Below, in pieces: positions 9,195 to 19,547 of a stretch of DNA of 64,000 nt. The notes beneath the pieces were generated by a model. The model saw nothing but the letters and a program-made list of their open reading frames with translations, searched no databases and had not been told where the DNA came from. The DNA is taken from NCBI GenBank assembly GCA_014860565.1, contig JACZJN010000068.1:23152-87151 (forward strand), read 5' to 3'. Position 1 is the stretch's first letter. Each line of letters begins with the position of its first letter. This DNA comes from Bacteroidota bacterium (GTDB lineage: Bacteria; Bacteroidota; Ignavibacteria; SZUA-365). A program made the translations under genes and the position numbers.

Positions 9195-11477
9195 TCAGTA
9201 AAACGAGAAGCGCACCGACAACCTGCTTTTTCTTCCCGCATCATCCATGCACGTCACGCGATGTTCTTTCGCGGTCGGTGTGAAAAATGTCTTCTCACCG
9301 TTTCCGACCGTTGCATGGAGTTTCCCATCGACATACCAGTATTGCTTCTTCACTCCGGCGGAGGAGGCCGCCTGCAGCATGATCTGCTGTCCGGCGCCGC
9401 GTTCTATGTAGTAGGTGTATTCGGGAGAAGGTGAAATCACCCGAGGGCCTTCGCCGCTCATGCGCATCGTACAGGCGGGGTTGTGCGGCGGGGGTTTCGG
9501 GATGGACACCCGATTCACATCAAACCAGACGGCGAGTTCAGGATCGTACACGGGGTACCATTCCTCGACGGTACTCGAATCCGGCACACAGTCCATACAG
9601 AAATGCATGCTTCTGTCCGCGCTCAACATGAACGGACGGAGCAGTTCGCAGCGGCGGTTGGGCGAGCAGCGTTCGATATACCAATCCTCGACGACCTCGG
9701 CACAGCGATCAGCGGGCAGCAGTCCGGTACGTGCGCAGACTTCCCTTCTACCCACGTTCTTCGGACGGAGAGGAACATGCTTTTCACTCTGCTCATCGAT
9801 GGCATCGAAAATATCCACAAGCAGAGGCACGGCCATTTCCGCTCCGGATAGATGCGGTGCGCCTTCTCCGCTGAAATTCCCCATCCAGACGCCGACCGTG
9901 TAGCGGGCGTTCCAGCCTATGGCCCAGGCATCACGCTTCCCGTACGACGTGCCGGTCTTCCATGCGAAGCGGGGAAGCCGTGATGTGGCCCGGAGTTCGG
10001 CGGGGAGATCCGGACGCTCATGTCCGGATAATATCTCCGTGACGAGAAACGCCGCGGCGGGAGAGAGAATCTGCCGGGCCTGCCCCAGGCGATCGGAATT
10101 GATGTATCGAAGGTTCTGCAGTGCGCCCGCGCGGGCGAACATGCTGCTGGCGCGGGTCAGTTGTTCGAGGGTCACGCCGCAGCCACCGAGGATGAGCGAA
10201 AGCCCCAGCTTCTCGCGCGCGGCACCAATGCCCTGGAATCCCGCGGCCGTGAGCCAGGTGATAAACGGCCCCACGCCCTGACGGGCGAGTTCTCGCACCG
10301 CGGGCACATTGAGCGATTGCAGCAGGGCGTCCCTCACCGTCACATCCCCCGTGTACGTGGCGTCGTAGTTCTCCGGCATGTAGCCGCCGAAGTCACTGGG
10401 GATGTCGAGCAGCCGCATGCGCGGCGTGAGGGCTCCTTCGTCGAATGCGCGCGCGTAGAGAAAGGGCTTCAGTGTCGAACCCGGTGAACGCACGGCACGG
10501 ACTCCGTCGACCTGCCCCTGGTTGAATGCATCCGCGAAATCCGCCGAGCCACACCAGGCGGCAATCGAAAGGCTGTCATTATCGATGACGAGGACGGCCC
10601 CGTTGCGGACTCCGTCGGTCATGACGCGTTGTACATGGTTCCACAGCAGCCGCTCGGCGGCATCCTGCACTGCGGGATCAAGCGTCGTATGCACGAGATC
10701 ACTTTGCGCACGCTCCCGGGCAAACAGCGTGAAATGTGGAGCACGCTGCGGCAGCGCCGAACGCGCCACGGTGAAGTCCTCCTCCAGCGCGGAGCGCAGT
10801 GTGCTCGAATCAAAAACGCCGTCCGCAAGGAAGCGCCGAAGCCATCGTCGGGTTTCCTTCTCCACTTCCGCGGAGGATCGATCGAGACGCAGACGGTTGG
10901 GATTGTTGGGAATGATGGCGAGCGCGGTGGCTTGGGCGAGTGACAGCTTCTCGGGTGGACGGTTGAAGTAAATCCACGACGCGGAGGCGACGCCTTCGAT
11001 ATTGCCGCCCATCGGCAGCAGACTGACATAGCGTTCGAGAATTTCCGGTTTCGAATACCGAATTTCCAGCTGCAGCGCCCGTATCATTTCCCGCAGTTTG
11101 ACGAAATAGCTGCGTTCGTCGGGTTCCAGCAGCCGCGCAAGCTGCATGGTGATGGTCGAGGCGCCGGACACGCGACGCCCGCTGCTGATGTTGCTCCACA
11201 CTGCCCTCAGCACGGCATAGGGATTCACGCCATGGTGCAGCAAAAACCACCGATCTTCCTTGTAGACGATCGCGCGCAGGAGATCGGGATTGACATGATC
11301 GAGACGCGTGCGCAACCGCCACTTGTCGTCAGCAGTCAACGACGCGCCCAGCAGTTCCCCTCTGTTATCGAACACCTGCACGGAATACGCCGGCAGAGCG
11401 GGTGGTGGAAAGAGGCGATCGCCGAGCACGAGTGTCCCGACGACTGCGACAGCCAACCACACGCCCCGTATGCGCAT
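9195..11477 (-). CDS. pbpC: Penicillin-binding protein 1C (GT51 transglycosylase + transpeptidase + PBP1C C-terminal domain)
   Basis: GT51 motifs (RAIVYKEDRWFLLHHGVNP..., GASTITMQLARL), a transpeptidase STLKP motif, and a length and domain order typical of PbpC. It overlaps the upstream A2M gene by 1 nt, the canonical yfhM-pbpC arrangement. Confidence 0.85.
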   Translation of the reverse strand: MRIRGVWLAVAVVGTLVLGDRLFPPPALPAYSVQVFDNRGELLGASLTADDKWRLRTRLDHVNPDLLRAIVYKEDRWFLLHHGVNPYAVLRAVWSNISSGRRVSGASTITMQLARLLEPDERSYFVKLREMIRALQLEIRYSKPEILERYVSLLPMGGNIEGVASASWIYFNRPPEKLSLAQATALAIIPNNPNRLRLDRSSAEVEKETRRWLRRFLADGVFDSSTLRSALEEDFTVARSALPQRAPHFTLFARERAQSDLVHTTLDPAVQDAAERLLWNHVQRVMTDGVRNGAVLVIDNDSLSIAAWCGSADFADAFNQGQVDGVRAVRSPGSTLKPFLYARAFDEGALTPRMRLLDIPSDFGGYMPENYDATYTGDVTVRDALLQSLNVPAVRELARQGVGPFITWLTAAGFQGIGAAREKLGLSLILGGCGVTLEQLTRASSMFARAGALQNLRYINSDRLGQARQILSPAAAFLVTEILSGHERPDLPAELRATSRLPRFAWKTGTSYGKRDAWAIGWNARYTVGVWMGNFSGEGAPHLSGAEMAVPLLVDIFDAIDEQSEKHVPLRPKNVGRREVCARTGLLPADRCAEVVEDWYIERCSPNRRCELLRPFMLSADRSMHFCMDCVPDSSTVEEWYPVYDPELAVWFDVNRVSIPKPPPHNPACTMRMSGEGPRVISPSPEYTYYIERGAGQQIMLQAASSAGVKKQYWYVDGKLHATVGNGEKTFFTPTAKEHRVTCMDDAGRKSRLSVRFSFY

Positions 11478-14400
11478 CAGCGCGCCCGCAGGGGTGCGAC
11501 GCGTACGCGGGCGGCTCCATGATACGAATGGAACGCCGGATCATACATGGCTTCGGCGGCGATAGGCGGTAAAGCGAACGCGCCTTCATTCACCACACGC
11601 ATGAGGTACTGGAATTCTTTCGTGGCGCCGCCGTCGAGCGAGGTAAAGAGAATCAGACGATCGTCGCGTACGTCCATGTACTCCACGGTGAGCGGATTCG
11701 CAACCGTCCAGTTCAGTTCGGTGGAAGCGCGCAGCCGCGCATTCTCGATCTCGCAGCCGGCGGGAATGATATCCGTTATGACGACGTTTTCGACCGAACG
11801 GCCTTCGCCGCTCACACTGATCTTGCACACCACGAGCTGTCCCTGGCGCAATTCACCCGGAGACAGCTGCTGGCGTGTGCGATAGTCATACCAGCTGCGC
11901 CGGACCTGCATGCCGGCATCGTTTTCTACGACATCACCCTGCCTGCGTATGCCCTCCGCACTCCAGAAGTAATATACTTCGCCCTTGCCGCTGGCTTTGA
12001 GCGTGGGGGCGCCGCCGCCGAGTTCCTTCTCCGAGACGGTAACCGATTTCCCATCATAGGAAGCGCGCTTCTTTCCGTCGACCATCACCGCGACCGTGAT
12101 TTCAGACGATGCGCCCCGGTGCGCCGCCTTACCGAGCGCAAGCATGACAAAGGCGGTTTCCTGCGTCGAATACATGTTCTCGGCGCGGCTTGTGATCCAC
12201 CGCAGCATGTCGGGAATCTGTTTGCTGCCGGGATCCACTTCAAGCAGCACATTGAGCATGATCGCGTTGGCGCGCAGTTCCGAATCGAAACTTCCGCCCG
12301 TTTCACGTTCCGGGAGTTCGGCGCGGAACATACCCGGAATGCTCTGGTGATAGGAATTCCACTTCCCCGCAAGCGCGTATGCGCCCGCGAGCAGGTACTG
12401 CAGATCGCGGGTCAGAAGATGTGGGCGTCCCTTGTAATAATTCATGGTCGAAAGATCCGCCTTCCCCGCCAGTGCAAGAACGTAAAGCGAGTAAATGATT
12501 TCCTTTCGCACCTTGAGTTCCGTGGTGCGTCCGTTTCCCTGATAATGCACATAGTTATACGTTTCGCGCTTCTTCGCCTCCTTCGCCAGGTAACGGAGCA
12601 GACGCGCGACGGTCTGATCGCTCACGCGATAGCGTGCCTTGCGGGCCTCGAGCAGGAAATGCGCGGCATATGCACTGCCCCACCAGCTCGTCTCACTGCC
12701 ACCGGGCCAGTAGGCCATGCTGCCGTCATAGAGCTGCATGGACTCCACCTTGCGAATGGCCTCGTTCACGTAGTAGCTGGGATTGTGCATACGGTACTGA
12801 TCGGGTGCTGCGAGCTTGAGCACTTCCTCGAGATACAGCTGCGGGAATGCTTTCGACACCGTCTGCTCGATGCAGCCATGGGGATAGCCGACCAGCTGCT
12901 TCAGTTGTTTTGCGAAGCGAATTGCGGGGAAAGGACTGATGGTCAGCTTTAGATCGCGCGTGCCCGGCAGATAATTTTCCGCTTTCGGCAGCGTTACCGA
13001 CGAGCCGTTTTTCAACACGCCGGAGCGACTCTCGACGCTGTACGGCACCCGCGGACGCACGGCGATTTCATATTTTTCGCTCACGCTCGCGATACCGGAA
13101 GCAGACAATGCAAGGGACGCGGTTCCCGGCGTCTGGTCGGCCTGCACGCGAAATTCCACCTGGGCCGTGCCGTTTGCCGGAACCTGCACAGTCGCGCTGC
13201 CCGACGAGCGCAGACGAATCGAACCACCGGTCTTCAGTGCCACGCTTACCTTTCCTTTCTTCCCCGTCGTATTGATGACCGTGACCGGCATGACGAGAGA
13301 ATCCCCAGCCGTGAGCAGTCGCGGGAGCTGCGGTTCGAGGATGATGTCGTCGCTGACCTTCATGCGCCTCTCCGTGCCGGCGAAGCGGTCGTCGGTATAC
13401 GCGACGGCCATCAGCCGCGCCTCTCCGTTGAACTGAGGCAGCTTCAGGGTGATGCGCACCTTTCCGTTACCGTCGCTGCGCTTGATGCCGCTCCAGAAGG
13501 AGAACAGGGTGAAGCGATTCGCGGCGATGGGGTTCGTGCGTTTACGCGCGGCTTCCTCGTCGTAGCCGTCGCCTCCGGTGGAGGACGACATGCGCACGAT
13601 CTCAGGCAGCAGGAATTTGTACAGGTCGTGACTGCTGACATGCAGCGCGCGTTTGGCATACATGGTTTTGTAAGGGTCTGGCGTCCCGAAACCGGTGATC
13701 TGGAGAATGCCCTCGTCCACCGCCGCCAGGGTCACATACACATCGCGTTGGGCAGCGGTCTGGATGGTGATCGTCTGCGTACTGCCGGGCTTCACGCGTT
13801 CGGGAGCGGAAATGGTAAGCGGCAGGCGATTCTCCTTTTTCTCCACGGGCATGGATGCGAATCCGTGGCCGACAAGGAACGGCGTTTCGCTGTCTCCCTT
13901 GTGCGGACGGAACAGCGTCGCGGTCACATATGCGTTGGGCAGGTACTCTGCTTTGACAGGGAGCGTCACTTCGACCGAGCGTTTTTCCACTTCCACATAC
14001 TGATGATGATAGACGCCATTGCGTTCGACGGTAATCAGCAAACGCCCGCCGAAGGGACACATGAACAGGACTTTCGCATTGTCGCCCGGCCGGTAAGCCG
14101 TTTTGTCGAAGACGATGTCGACGCGTCCCTCCTTGTCCACTTCAAAGGAAGAGGCGGAATTCGACGCCCAGCCGTATGCGTAGAAACTGGTTTTCTGATA
14201 TTCAGCCGCCCCCGCACGGGCAACGCGCAGCTCGTACTTCCCGGAGCGCTTTACGGCGAAGTTGAATTTCGTCGGTCCGTTGAGCGTGACGCGCTTCTCC
14301 CATTCTAGTACTTCCTTTTCCTCCGATGCGTAATAATACCGGTCTGAGTAGTCCTTTTTCAGCACGGTCTGCCATTCGAGCCGTACGAGGCGAACATCGG

Positions 14401-16873
14401 CCTGGAAGCCCTGGAGCGCGTTATCCTTCCGATCGACCGCCACGAAACTGAAGTCCAGGTTTTTGTTGACGCCGAAATACGTTCCGCCGGACTTGATGCC
14501 GAGATGTTGCGCATTCGGGAAAACGGTGAAAGGCTGCACGCGACTGATGGTGCGTCCCGTCAAATCGAAAACGCTCACATACATCGCGCCTTCGATGATG
14601 CCGCTCGAACGCAGATCACCGGGGAGCGCGTAGCTGATACGCGTCTTCCCTTCCGCATTCAGCACATCCTCGTTCATGACATTCTCGATGCGGCTGTCTT
14701 TCAACGAGGAATTCGAAAAGTCGTAATCCTTGTAGCGCTGGCTCACGAAGGGACGGTGTTTGAGCTGCACGTCTGTTTCGTAGCGCAGATTCGCCGCAGG
14801 AGCGCCGAAAAGATATTCCGCGTTGACGTCCACGTTGATGGTCTGTCCGGGCAGCAATCGCGTTTCAGCGGCGTTGAGCTGCAGGCGTATTTTATCCGGG
14901 ACAAATTCTTCGACGTTGAGGGAAGAGGTGCCGATCAGCTTGTCACCGCCCGTGTACAGTTCCACTTTGTAGGGTCCGGTCAGTGCGTACGCCGGAATGT
15001 CGACGCTCTGTTCGAATGAACCCTCCTTGTTGAGCACGAGCTTGTATTCGCGGAACGCGCGTCCGCGCGGAGAGACGATCTTCAGCAGCACCGGCACATC
15101 GGCCACCGTGCGCAGGTCCTCGGTGCGGACGATGCCGGAGATATCCGCATTCTCGCCCGGGCGATACAGATCGCGTGCGCCATAGATGAAGCTTACATAT
15201 TCGCGTGAGGCCTGTATCAATCCGCCCACGTCATAACGCGATGTTTCGACGCGCGCGTCATCGAGATCGAGGAAATTGAAATCCTCCTCCGTGACAGCGG
15301 TAACCATCCGCGGAGTGAATCCTTCCGTGTGCACACTGACGTCGTCGAAGACAACCACGCCATTCGCATCGGTTTTTCCTGAAAGCAGCGTCTGATTATT
15401 GCTGGAGATGACCGTGATTTCCACCCCATCAACCGGACGGGCCGTGGCGATGGAATTGACGAATACCGTGATCTGCTCGTCCGCCATGCGCGCGATCAGG
15501 GCCAGATCGCTGAGTGCCACGATCTTCGAATCCTGTATCCAGCGATCCTCGCTCGAGCTCACCTGGATAACGTATATGCCCTTGTGCTTGGCCTTCAGCA
15601 CGCGATCGATGTTTACCACGTGCTTGCCGAGCCAGTTGCGTCCCGTTTGCACGTCGACCGTTTCGTGATACAGTTCCCTGCCGTAATCGCCGACGTAATA
15701 GGTCGGATTGTAATCATAGTCTTCGTCGTACCAGCGATGCTGGTTGAGGAAATGCAGAACGTTATTCGCGAACACCTCATAGGCATTGATCTCGAGTGCT
15801 GCGACATTCACTGCATGCACCTCGAGATTCTTCGCGCCGCCGCGCATCAGGTAACGTCCCTTTCTGTCCGAGAAATTCACCGCGGGTTCGATATCCACGA
15901 AGGAGACCATCTGCCGGTACTCCTCGCGCAGTTCACCGCCGAAGAGTCCGACGAGCCCTTTGGAGACGATCAGTTCCACGGTCTGTTCGTTGGCAAAGTC
16001 TCCTTCGATGCGCAGGATATTGTCACTGATGGAGAACTGCAGCGGACGTTTCGGATCGACGCGTATGAATTCCTTGACGCGTTCCTCATCGACCATCTGC
16101 GTCGTTGCGATTTCAATCCACCCCGTGCTCCCGTCGTAGCCCGCCGCGACTCCCGTGATCGCCAGTTCCGTCACCGGCGGCAGCGTGCTCTTGAATTCCC
16201 GCGTATCCTGCAGCGCCTTTTTCCCCATCACCGACATGAGTCCGTCATGCACGACGATGGTAAAATTCTGCGCCTTGTCCTTCTGCTTGATTTCTCCCAG
16301 CGAGATCGCGATGCGTTCCGACGGCTGATCCGACACGATCTGCACGTTCGAAACCTTCTCGCCGTCCTGCAGTACTTCGAGGTACTCGCGCAGCTTTTCC
16401 GGCTGCACGGGGTAATTGAAATGGATGTTCGCCTGCACCGTCACGGTGTAATACTGGTGCGGAATGAAATTCCAGAACACCTCGGTTTTGACGACGTCGA
16501 AGTCCGGCGTATGAAAGCTGATCGTCTCGAAATCCGTATCCAGTTTCTGCCCGAAAAGTACCTTCTCGCTCACCTCGGCTTCGTATTCCTGAATCGGTTC
16601 GAGCGGATAATCCGGAGAAAACAGCAGCTTACGTGACGACACCCACTTGAACTTTCCGTGGATGGCCGGAGTGAATTCCACGAACGCATCCGTCAGCCAC
16701 ACATTCTGTTTTTCAGGGGGAGCGAGATCCTTCGAGAATTCAATCTCCATCGTGGCCAGCAGCGGCACCTCCCCTTCGGGCGAGACCGATACGATCTCTA
16801 CGGTATTCGACGAACTACAGGCCAGCAGCGTCAGCGCGAGTAGCGCAAGAAGAGAACTGCGAATGGACAACAT
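11477..16873 (-). CDS. yfhM: Bacterial alpha-2-macroglobulin family lipoprotein (YfhM/ECAM-like) with intact thioester motif
   Basis: Thioester CxEQ motif present (GYPHGCIEQTVSKAFP). Large repetitive MG-domain architecture. The start is taken at the ATG at 16873 (MLSIRSSLLALLALTLLAC), which gives a lipobox and is preceded by GAGGA. The ORF track extends to 16936. Confidence 0.85.
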   Translation of the reverse strand: MLSIRSSLLALLALTLLACSSSNTVEIVSVSPEGEVPLLATMEIEFSKDLAPPEKQNVWLTDAFVEFTPAIHGKFKWVSSRKLLFSPDYPLEPIQEYEAEVSEKVLFGQKLDTDFETISFHTPDFDVVKTEVFWNFIPHQYYTVTVQANIHFNYPVQPEKLREYLEVLQDGEKVSNVQIVSDQPSERIAISLGEIKQKDKAQNFTIVVHDGLMSVMGKKALQDTREFKSTLPPVTELAITGVAAGYDGSTGWIEIATTQMVDEERVKEFIRVDPKRPLQFSISDNILRIEGDFANEQTVELIVSKGLVGLFGGELREEYRQMVSFVDIEPAVNFSDRKGRYLMRGGAKNLEVHAVNVAALEINAYEVFANNVLHFLNQHRWYDEDYDYNPTYYVGDYGRELYHETVDVQTGRNWLGKHVVNIDRVLKAKHKGIYVIQVSSSEDRWIQDSKIVALSDLALIARMADEQITVFVNSIATARPVDGVEITVISSNNQTLLSGKTDANGVVVFDDVSVHTEGFTPRMVTAVTEEDFNFLDLDDARVETSRYDVGGLIQASREYVSFIYGARDLYRPGENADISGIVRTEDLRTVADVPVLLKIVSPRGRAFREYKLVLNKEGSFEQSVDIPAYALTGPYKVELYTGGDKLIGTSSLNVEEFVPDKIRLQLNAAETRLLPGQTINVDVNAEYLFGAPAANLRYETDVQLKHRPFVSQRYKDYDFSNSSLKDSRIENVMNEDVLNAEGKTRISYALPGDLRSSGIIEGAMYVSVFDLTGRTISRVQPFTVFPNAQHLGIKSGGTYFGVNKNLDFSFVAVDRKDNALQGFQADVRLVRLEWQTVLKKDYSDRYYYASEEKEVLEWEKRVTLNGPTKFNFAVKRSGKYELRVARAGAAEYQKTSFYAYGWASNSASSFEVDKEGRVDIVFDKTAYRPGDNAKVLFMCPFGGRLLITVERNGVYHHQYVEVEKRSVEVTLPVKAEYLPNAYVTATLFRPHKGDSETPFLVGHGFASMPVEKKENRLPLTISAPERVKPGSTQTITIQTAAQRDVYVTLAAVDEGILQITGFGTPDPYKTMYAKRALHVSSHDLYKFLLPEIVRMSSSTGGDGYDEEAARKRTNPIAANRFTLFSFWSGIKRSDGNGKVRITLKLPQFNGEARLMAVAYTDDRFAGTERRMKVSDDIILEPQLPRLLTAGDSLVMPVTVINTTGKKGKVSVALKTGGSIRLRSSGSATVQVPANGTAQVEFRVQADQTPGTASLALSASGIASVSEKYEIAVRPRVPYSVESRSGVLKNGSSVTLPKAENYLPGTRDLKLTISPFPAIRFAKQLKQLVGYPHGCIEQTVSKAFPQLYLEEVLKLAAPDQYRMHNPSYYVNEAIRKVESMQLYDGSMAYWPGGSETSWWGSAYAAHFLLEARKARYRVSDQTVARLLRYLAKEAKKRETYNYVHYQGNGRTTELKVRKEIIYSLYVLALAGKADLSTMNYYKGRPHLLTRDLQYLLAGAYALAGKWNSYHQSIPGMFRAELPERETGGSFDSELRANAIMLNVLLEVDPGSKQIPDMLRWITSRAENMYSTQETAFVMLALGKAAHRGASSEITVAVMVDGKKRASYDGKSVTVSEKELGGGAPTLKASGKGEVYYFWSAEGIRRQGDVVENDAGMQVRRSWYDYRTRQQLSPGELRQGQLVVCKISVSGEGRSVENVVITDIIPAGCEIENARLRASTELNWTVANPLTVEYMDVRDDRLILFTSLDGGATKEFQYLMRVVNEGAFALPPIAAEAMYDPAFHSYHGAARVRVAPLRAR

Positions 16874-17032
16874 GGGAATCCTCGATGCTATGTTCGGATG
16901 AAGCAGAAAGCTAGGGAAAAGTGCATTCGCTCGCAATTTTCATTTTATTAAGATTCCCTTTTGTATTATTCAAATATATTTTACTTTTATCAAAGTAGTC
17001 TTTCGTTTTATTCAAGTTCCGGAGATTGAGTG

Positions 17033-17329
17033 ATGTCCGATTCGCCTGTCTGGATTCAGGGTCTCGACGAAGAAGACCTTCATTTCCTGAAACGGTTTCT
17101 GCTGCAAAGCGGTTCGCTCAAGGCGTTGGCGGACGAATATGGCGTCTCTTATCCCACCCTGCGGCTGCGGTTGGACCGTCTGATAGAGAAGGTGAATGTT
17201 CTGGATAAAAGCGACGGCGACGATGAGTTCACCACGTTTGTGCGCGTGCTCATCGCCAATGGCGATATCGAATTCGATCTCGCAAAAAAAATTCTCGCAT
17301 CATATAAAAAACAGATACGGAGAAAGTGA
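17033..17329 (+). CDS. Small HTH protein resembling the C-terminal half of DUF2089 proteins (the N-terminal zinc ribbon is absent)
   Basis: ATG at 17033 with GGAG 8 nt upstream. LKRFLLQSGSLKALADEYGVSYPTLRLRLDRLIEKV resembles the HTH part of DUF2089. Confidence 0.5.
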   Translation: MSDSPVWIQGLDEEDLHFLKRFLLQSGSLKALADEYGVSYPTLRLRLDRLIEKVNVLDKSDGDDEFTTFVRVLIANGDIEFDLAKKILASYKKQIRRK

Positions 17330-17330
17330 T

Positions 17331-17669
17331 ATGCAGGAAGCATGGTTCAACGCAGCAATGGTGGCTTGGATTCCGGGAACGGCATTGGGCGTCTTGGGAG
17401 GGGTTCTCGGTGCGATCAGCGGGAGCTTCGCTCAGCGTGGCCTCCATTCGAAGATCATCATGGGTGCCTGGAAGGCATTTGCCGCCATCGGCGTTGTCCT
17501 GCTGCTGATCGGCGTCTATGCACTCGTTGTCGGGCAGCCCTATGGCGTCTGGTTCACGTTCCTTCTCCCCGGTGTACTCGTAGCGTTAATCGGACTGACG
17601 TTGATTCCGGTGATACGGAGAGCGTACACGCAAGCCGAACTGCGAAAGATTTCGGCGCGTGATGCGTAG
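17331..17669 (+). CDS. Small membrane protein (3 TM helices), probably co-transcribed with the preceding HTH protein
   Basis: The ATG at 17331 lies 2 nt after the upstream stop. MQEAWFNAAMVAWIPGTALGVLGGVLGAISG...IGVVLLLIGVYALVVG...FLLPGVLVALIGLTLIPVI is hydrophobic throughout. Confidence 0.45.
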   Translation: MQEAWFNAAMVAWIPGTALGVLGGVLGAISGSFAQRGLHSKIIMGAWKAFAAIGVVLLLIGVYALVVGQPYGVWFTFLLPGVLVALIGLTLIPVIRRAYTQAELRKISARDA

Positions 17670-19547
17670 TTAGTCGCCGTACAGGACGACGTTCTGCAGC
17701 AGGGTCTGCAGCGTGCCGTCGTACTCGTGGAAGACGTCGGAGGGGGCGGTGAAGCGGAAGAGGTAGCCGCGTTCGCCGATAGTAAAGATGCAGTCGGCAG
17801 TTGTGATGCGGCGCTTTCCCGATCCCGGGCGCGTGTCGCGATAGCTGTAGAGCACCGTCGACGCCCTGCGTTCCCCGAAACGGATTTCCCCCTTTTCGAG
17901 AATCTCGACATCGGCGAGCACCACCTTGAGCGCCATGACCTTCGCGTCGAACACTTCGCGCGTTGCGAGGGGATAGGGATTATGCGTCAGCTGCATTTCG
18001 AAGCGGATGTCGGATCCCGCCTCGGGAGCCATGATGACGCTGGTCTGTGTCGTCAATTCCCGCCGCTCGATATTCCATCCACGCGGAGCGGTAACCGTAC
18101 ATTTGAAGACGCGGTCGGAATAGGCACCGTTGAAGATACCCGTGCGCAGCTTCCCTGCCGCTGTCGCATCGATTTCTTCCACCGCGAGCAGGTCAAGGCG
18201 CACGGCGCCGCGCAGCCGTTGTGCCTGGTCCCGCAGTTGCTGCACATCCGCCACGTGGAGGAGCTTGACGTGCGTTGCATCGTCGATGAACTCTCCCACT
18301 CCCGGATCGACGCTTTGCCAGCGTCCCGACCAGACCTCGGCCCAGACAGAGCTGCGCCAGCGATCTCCTTCCGGATGCATGCCGAGTACCAGCCGGGCGG
18401 GAATTCCCGAAGCGCGCGCGAGCGTGACGAACAGCATCGCCGCGTGAAGGGATGTACCGCGCGGTGTTTCCAGGATGCGGTCCGCGGCGACCACGGGAAC
18501 AAACGGGTCCTCCACGAAATGACTCTTCATCCAGTTCATGATTTCCCCGACCACCACTCCCGCATTCCTGTCCATGAGCCGCAGCTGCGCCGCACGATCG
18601 CGCACGGATTCAGCAGTGACGGGCAGGAGCGGGCTTTCCTTTTCATATTCGATCAGATCCTCATCGAGAATCGGCAGCGTCTCATCGCCGGGTTTCTGGC
18701 GGGTGCGTGTGATGCGGAGATTCGCCGCCGCGCCCGAACCGGGATTGTTTTCGGCGATATGCTGGCGCAGATCTTCCGGCACCAACCGGGCGCCGACGTC
18801 CTTCGTCAGCGAAAGCCGCACGTCCATCGAGCGGATATTGTCCGCTTCCGTCGGCAGCGTCACTTGCCCTGCGTCCCAGAACACGCCGCAGTCAACGTCG
18901 CACGGTTCGATGCCCGACACCGGCGTATCCGTCGTTTCCCATGCGAGATCGATCGCCGACATGCGCCACGAAAGAATTTCCCCACGCGCGGCAACGACGA
19001 ATTCGCTTTCCGTCCCGACAGCAATATGCAGCGAGCCATCCGCCTGATCCGTGCTTCGCACAGTAGTATTGCGGGATGCAAGGTCATGTACGAAGAACAC
19101 CTGTTTCGGAGTGGGGATATCCGCGCGCAGGACCAGTTCCGGAAGGAACACGTCGGGGACGGCCGAGCAGTTTTCGCGCCAGCTCTCCACGCGTCCGCTC
19201 TTCTCCTCCCGCGAGAGATAGAGCACGCCGTCGACGCAGCTGCCCTTGATGACGCAGTCGCCCTCCGGCACGAACTCCCTGCCACTGATCGACAGGATGC
19301 GCAGCGTGCTGTCCACGAGAATCGTCAGATTCCTTTTCCATGTCACCGATTTATCGTCGATTCCGATGAAGCGGCGTTCCTCCCGCATCTCGCATTGCAT
19401 GTAGCCGTTCGCCAACCGTTCGTAGGACAGCGTCAACCTCCCGCAGTCACTTCCCGAACGAAGCACATGGTACTGCTGCGCTTCCGACGCGGAGTGGAAG
19501 CCCAGCAGCATCAGGACAATAACAGGAAGTAAAACGGGTGTTCTCAT
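17670..19547 (-). CDS. Secreted transglutaminase-like-domain protein (probable pseudoenzyme)
   Basis: Signal peptide MRTPVLLPVIVLMLLGFHSASEA. The core GTSLHAAMLFVTLARASGIPARLVLGMHPEGDRW...AEVWSGRWQSVDP matches the transglutaminase-like fold, but the position of the catalytic Cys is occupied by Ser/Leu. Confidence 0.6.
   Translation of the reverse strand: MRTPVLLPVIVLMLLGFHSASEAQQYHVLRSGSDCGRLTLSYERLANGYMQCEMREERRFIGIDDKSVTWKRNLTILVDSTLRILSISGREFVPEGDCVIKGSCVDGVLYLSREEKSGRVESWRENCSAVPDVFLPELVLRADIPTPKQVFFVHDLASRNTTVRSTDQADGSLHIAVGTESEFVVAARGEILSWRMSAIDLAWETTDTPVSGIEPCDVDCGVFWDAGQVTLPTEADNIRSMDVRLSLTKDVGARLVPEDLRQHIAENNPGSGAAANLRITRTRQKPGDETLPILDEDLIEYEKESPLLPVTAESVRDRAAQLRLMDRNAGVVVGEIMNWMKSHFVEDPFVPVVAADRILETPRGTSLHAAMLFVTLARASGIPARLVLGMHPEGDRWRSSVWAEVWSGRWQSVDPGVGEFIDDATHVKLLHVADVQQLRDQAQRLRGAVRLDLLAVEEIDATAAGKLRTGIFNGAYSDRVFKCTVTAPRGWNIERRELTTQTSVIMAPEAGSDIRFEMQLTHNPYPLATREVFDAKVMALKVVLADVEILEKGEIRFGERRASTVLYSYRDTRPGSGKRRITTADCIFTIGERGYLFRFTAPSDVFHEYDGTLQTLLQNVVLYGD

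Noticed and set aside
12119-16636. Several 170-350-aa plus-strand ORFs (12119..12952, 13628..14308, 14504..15019, 15584..16636)
   Set aside because: All lie antisense within the alpha-2-macroglobulin gene, whose thioester motif and continuous 1800-aa frame are far better supported.
17727-19532. 601-aa ORF on the plus strand
   Set aside because: Antisense to the signal-peptide-bearing transglutaminase-like gene. The protein is extremely Arg-rich and low-complexity, a high-GC artefact.
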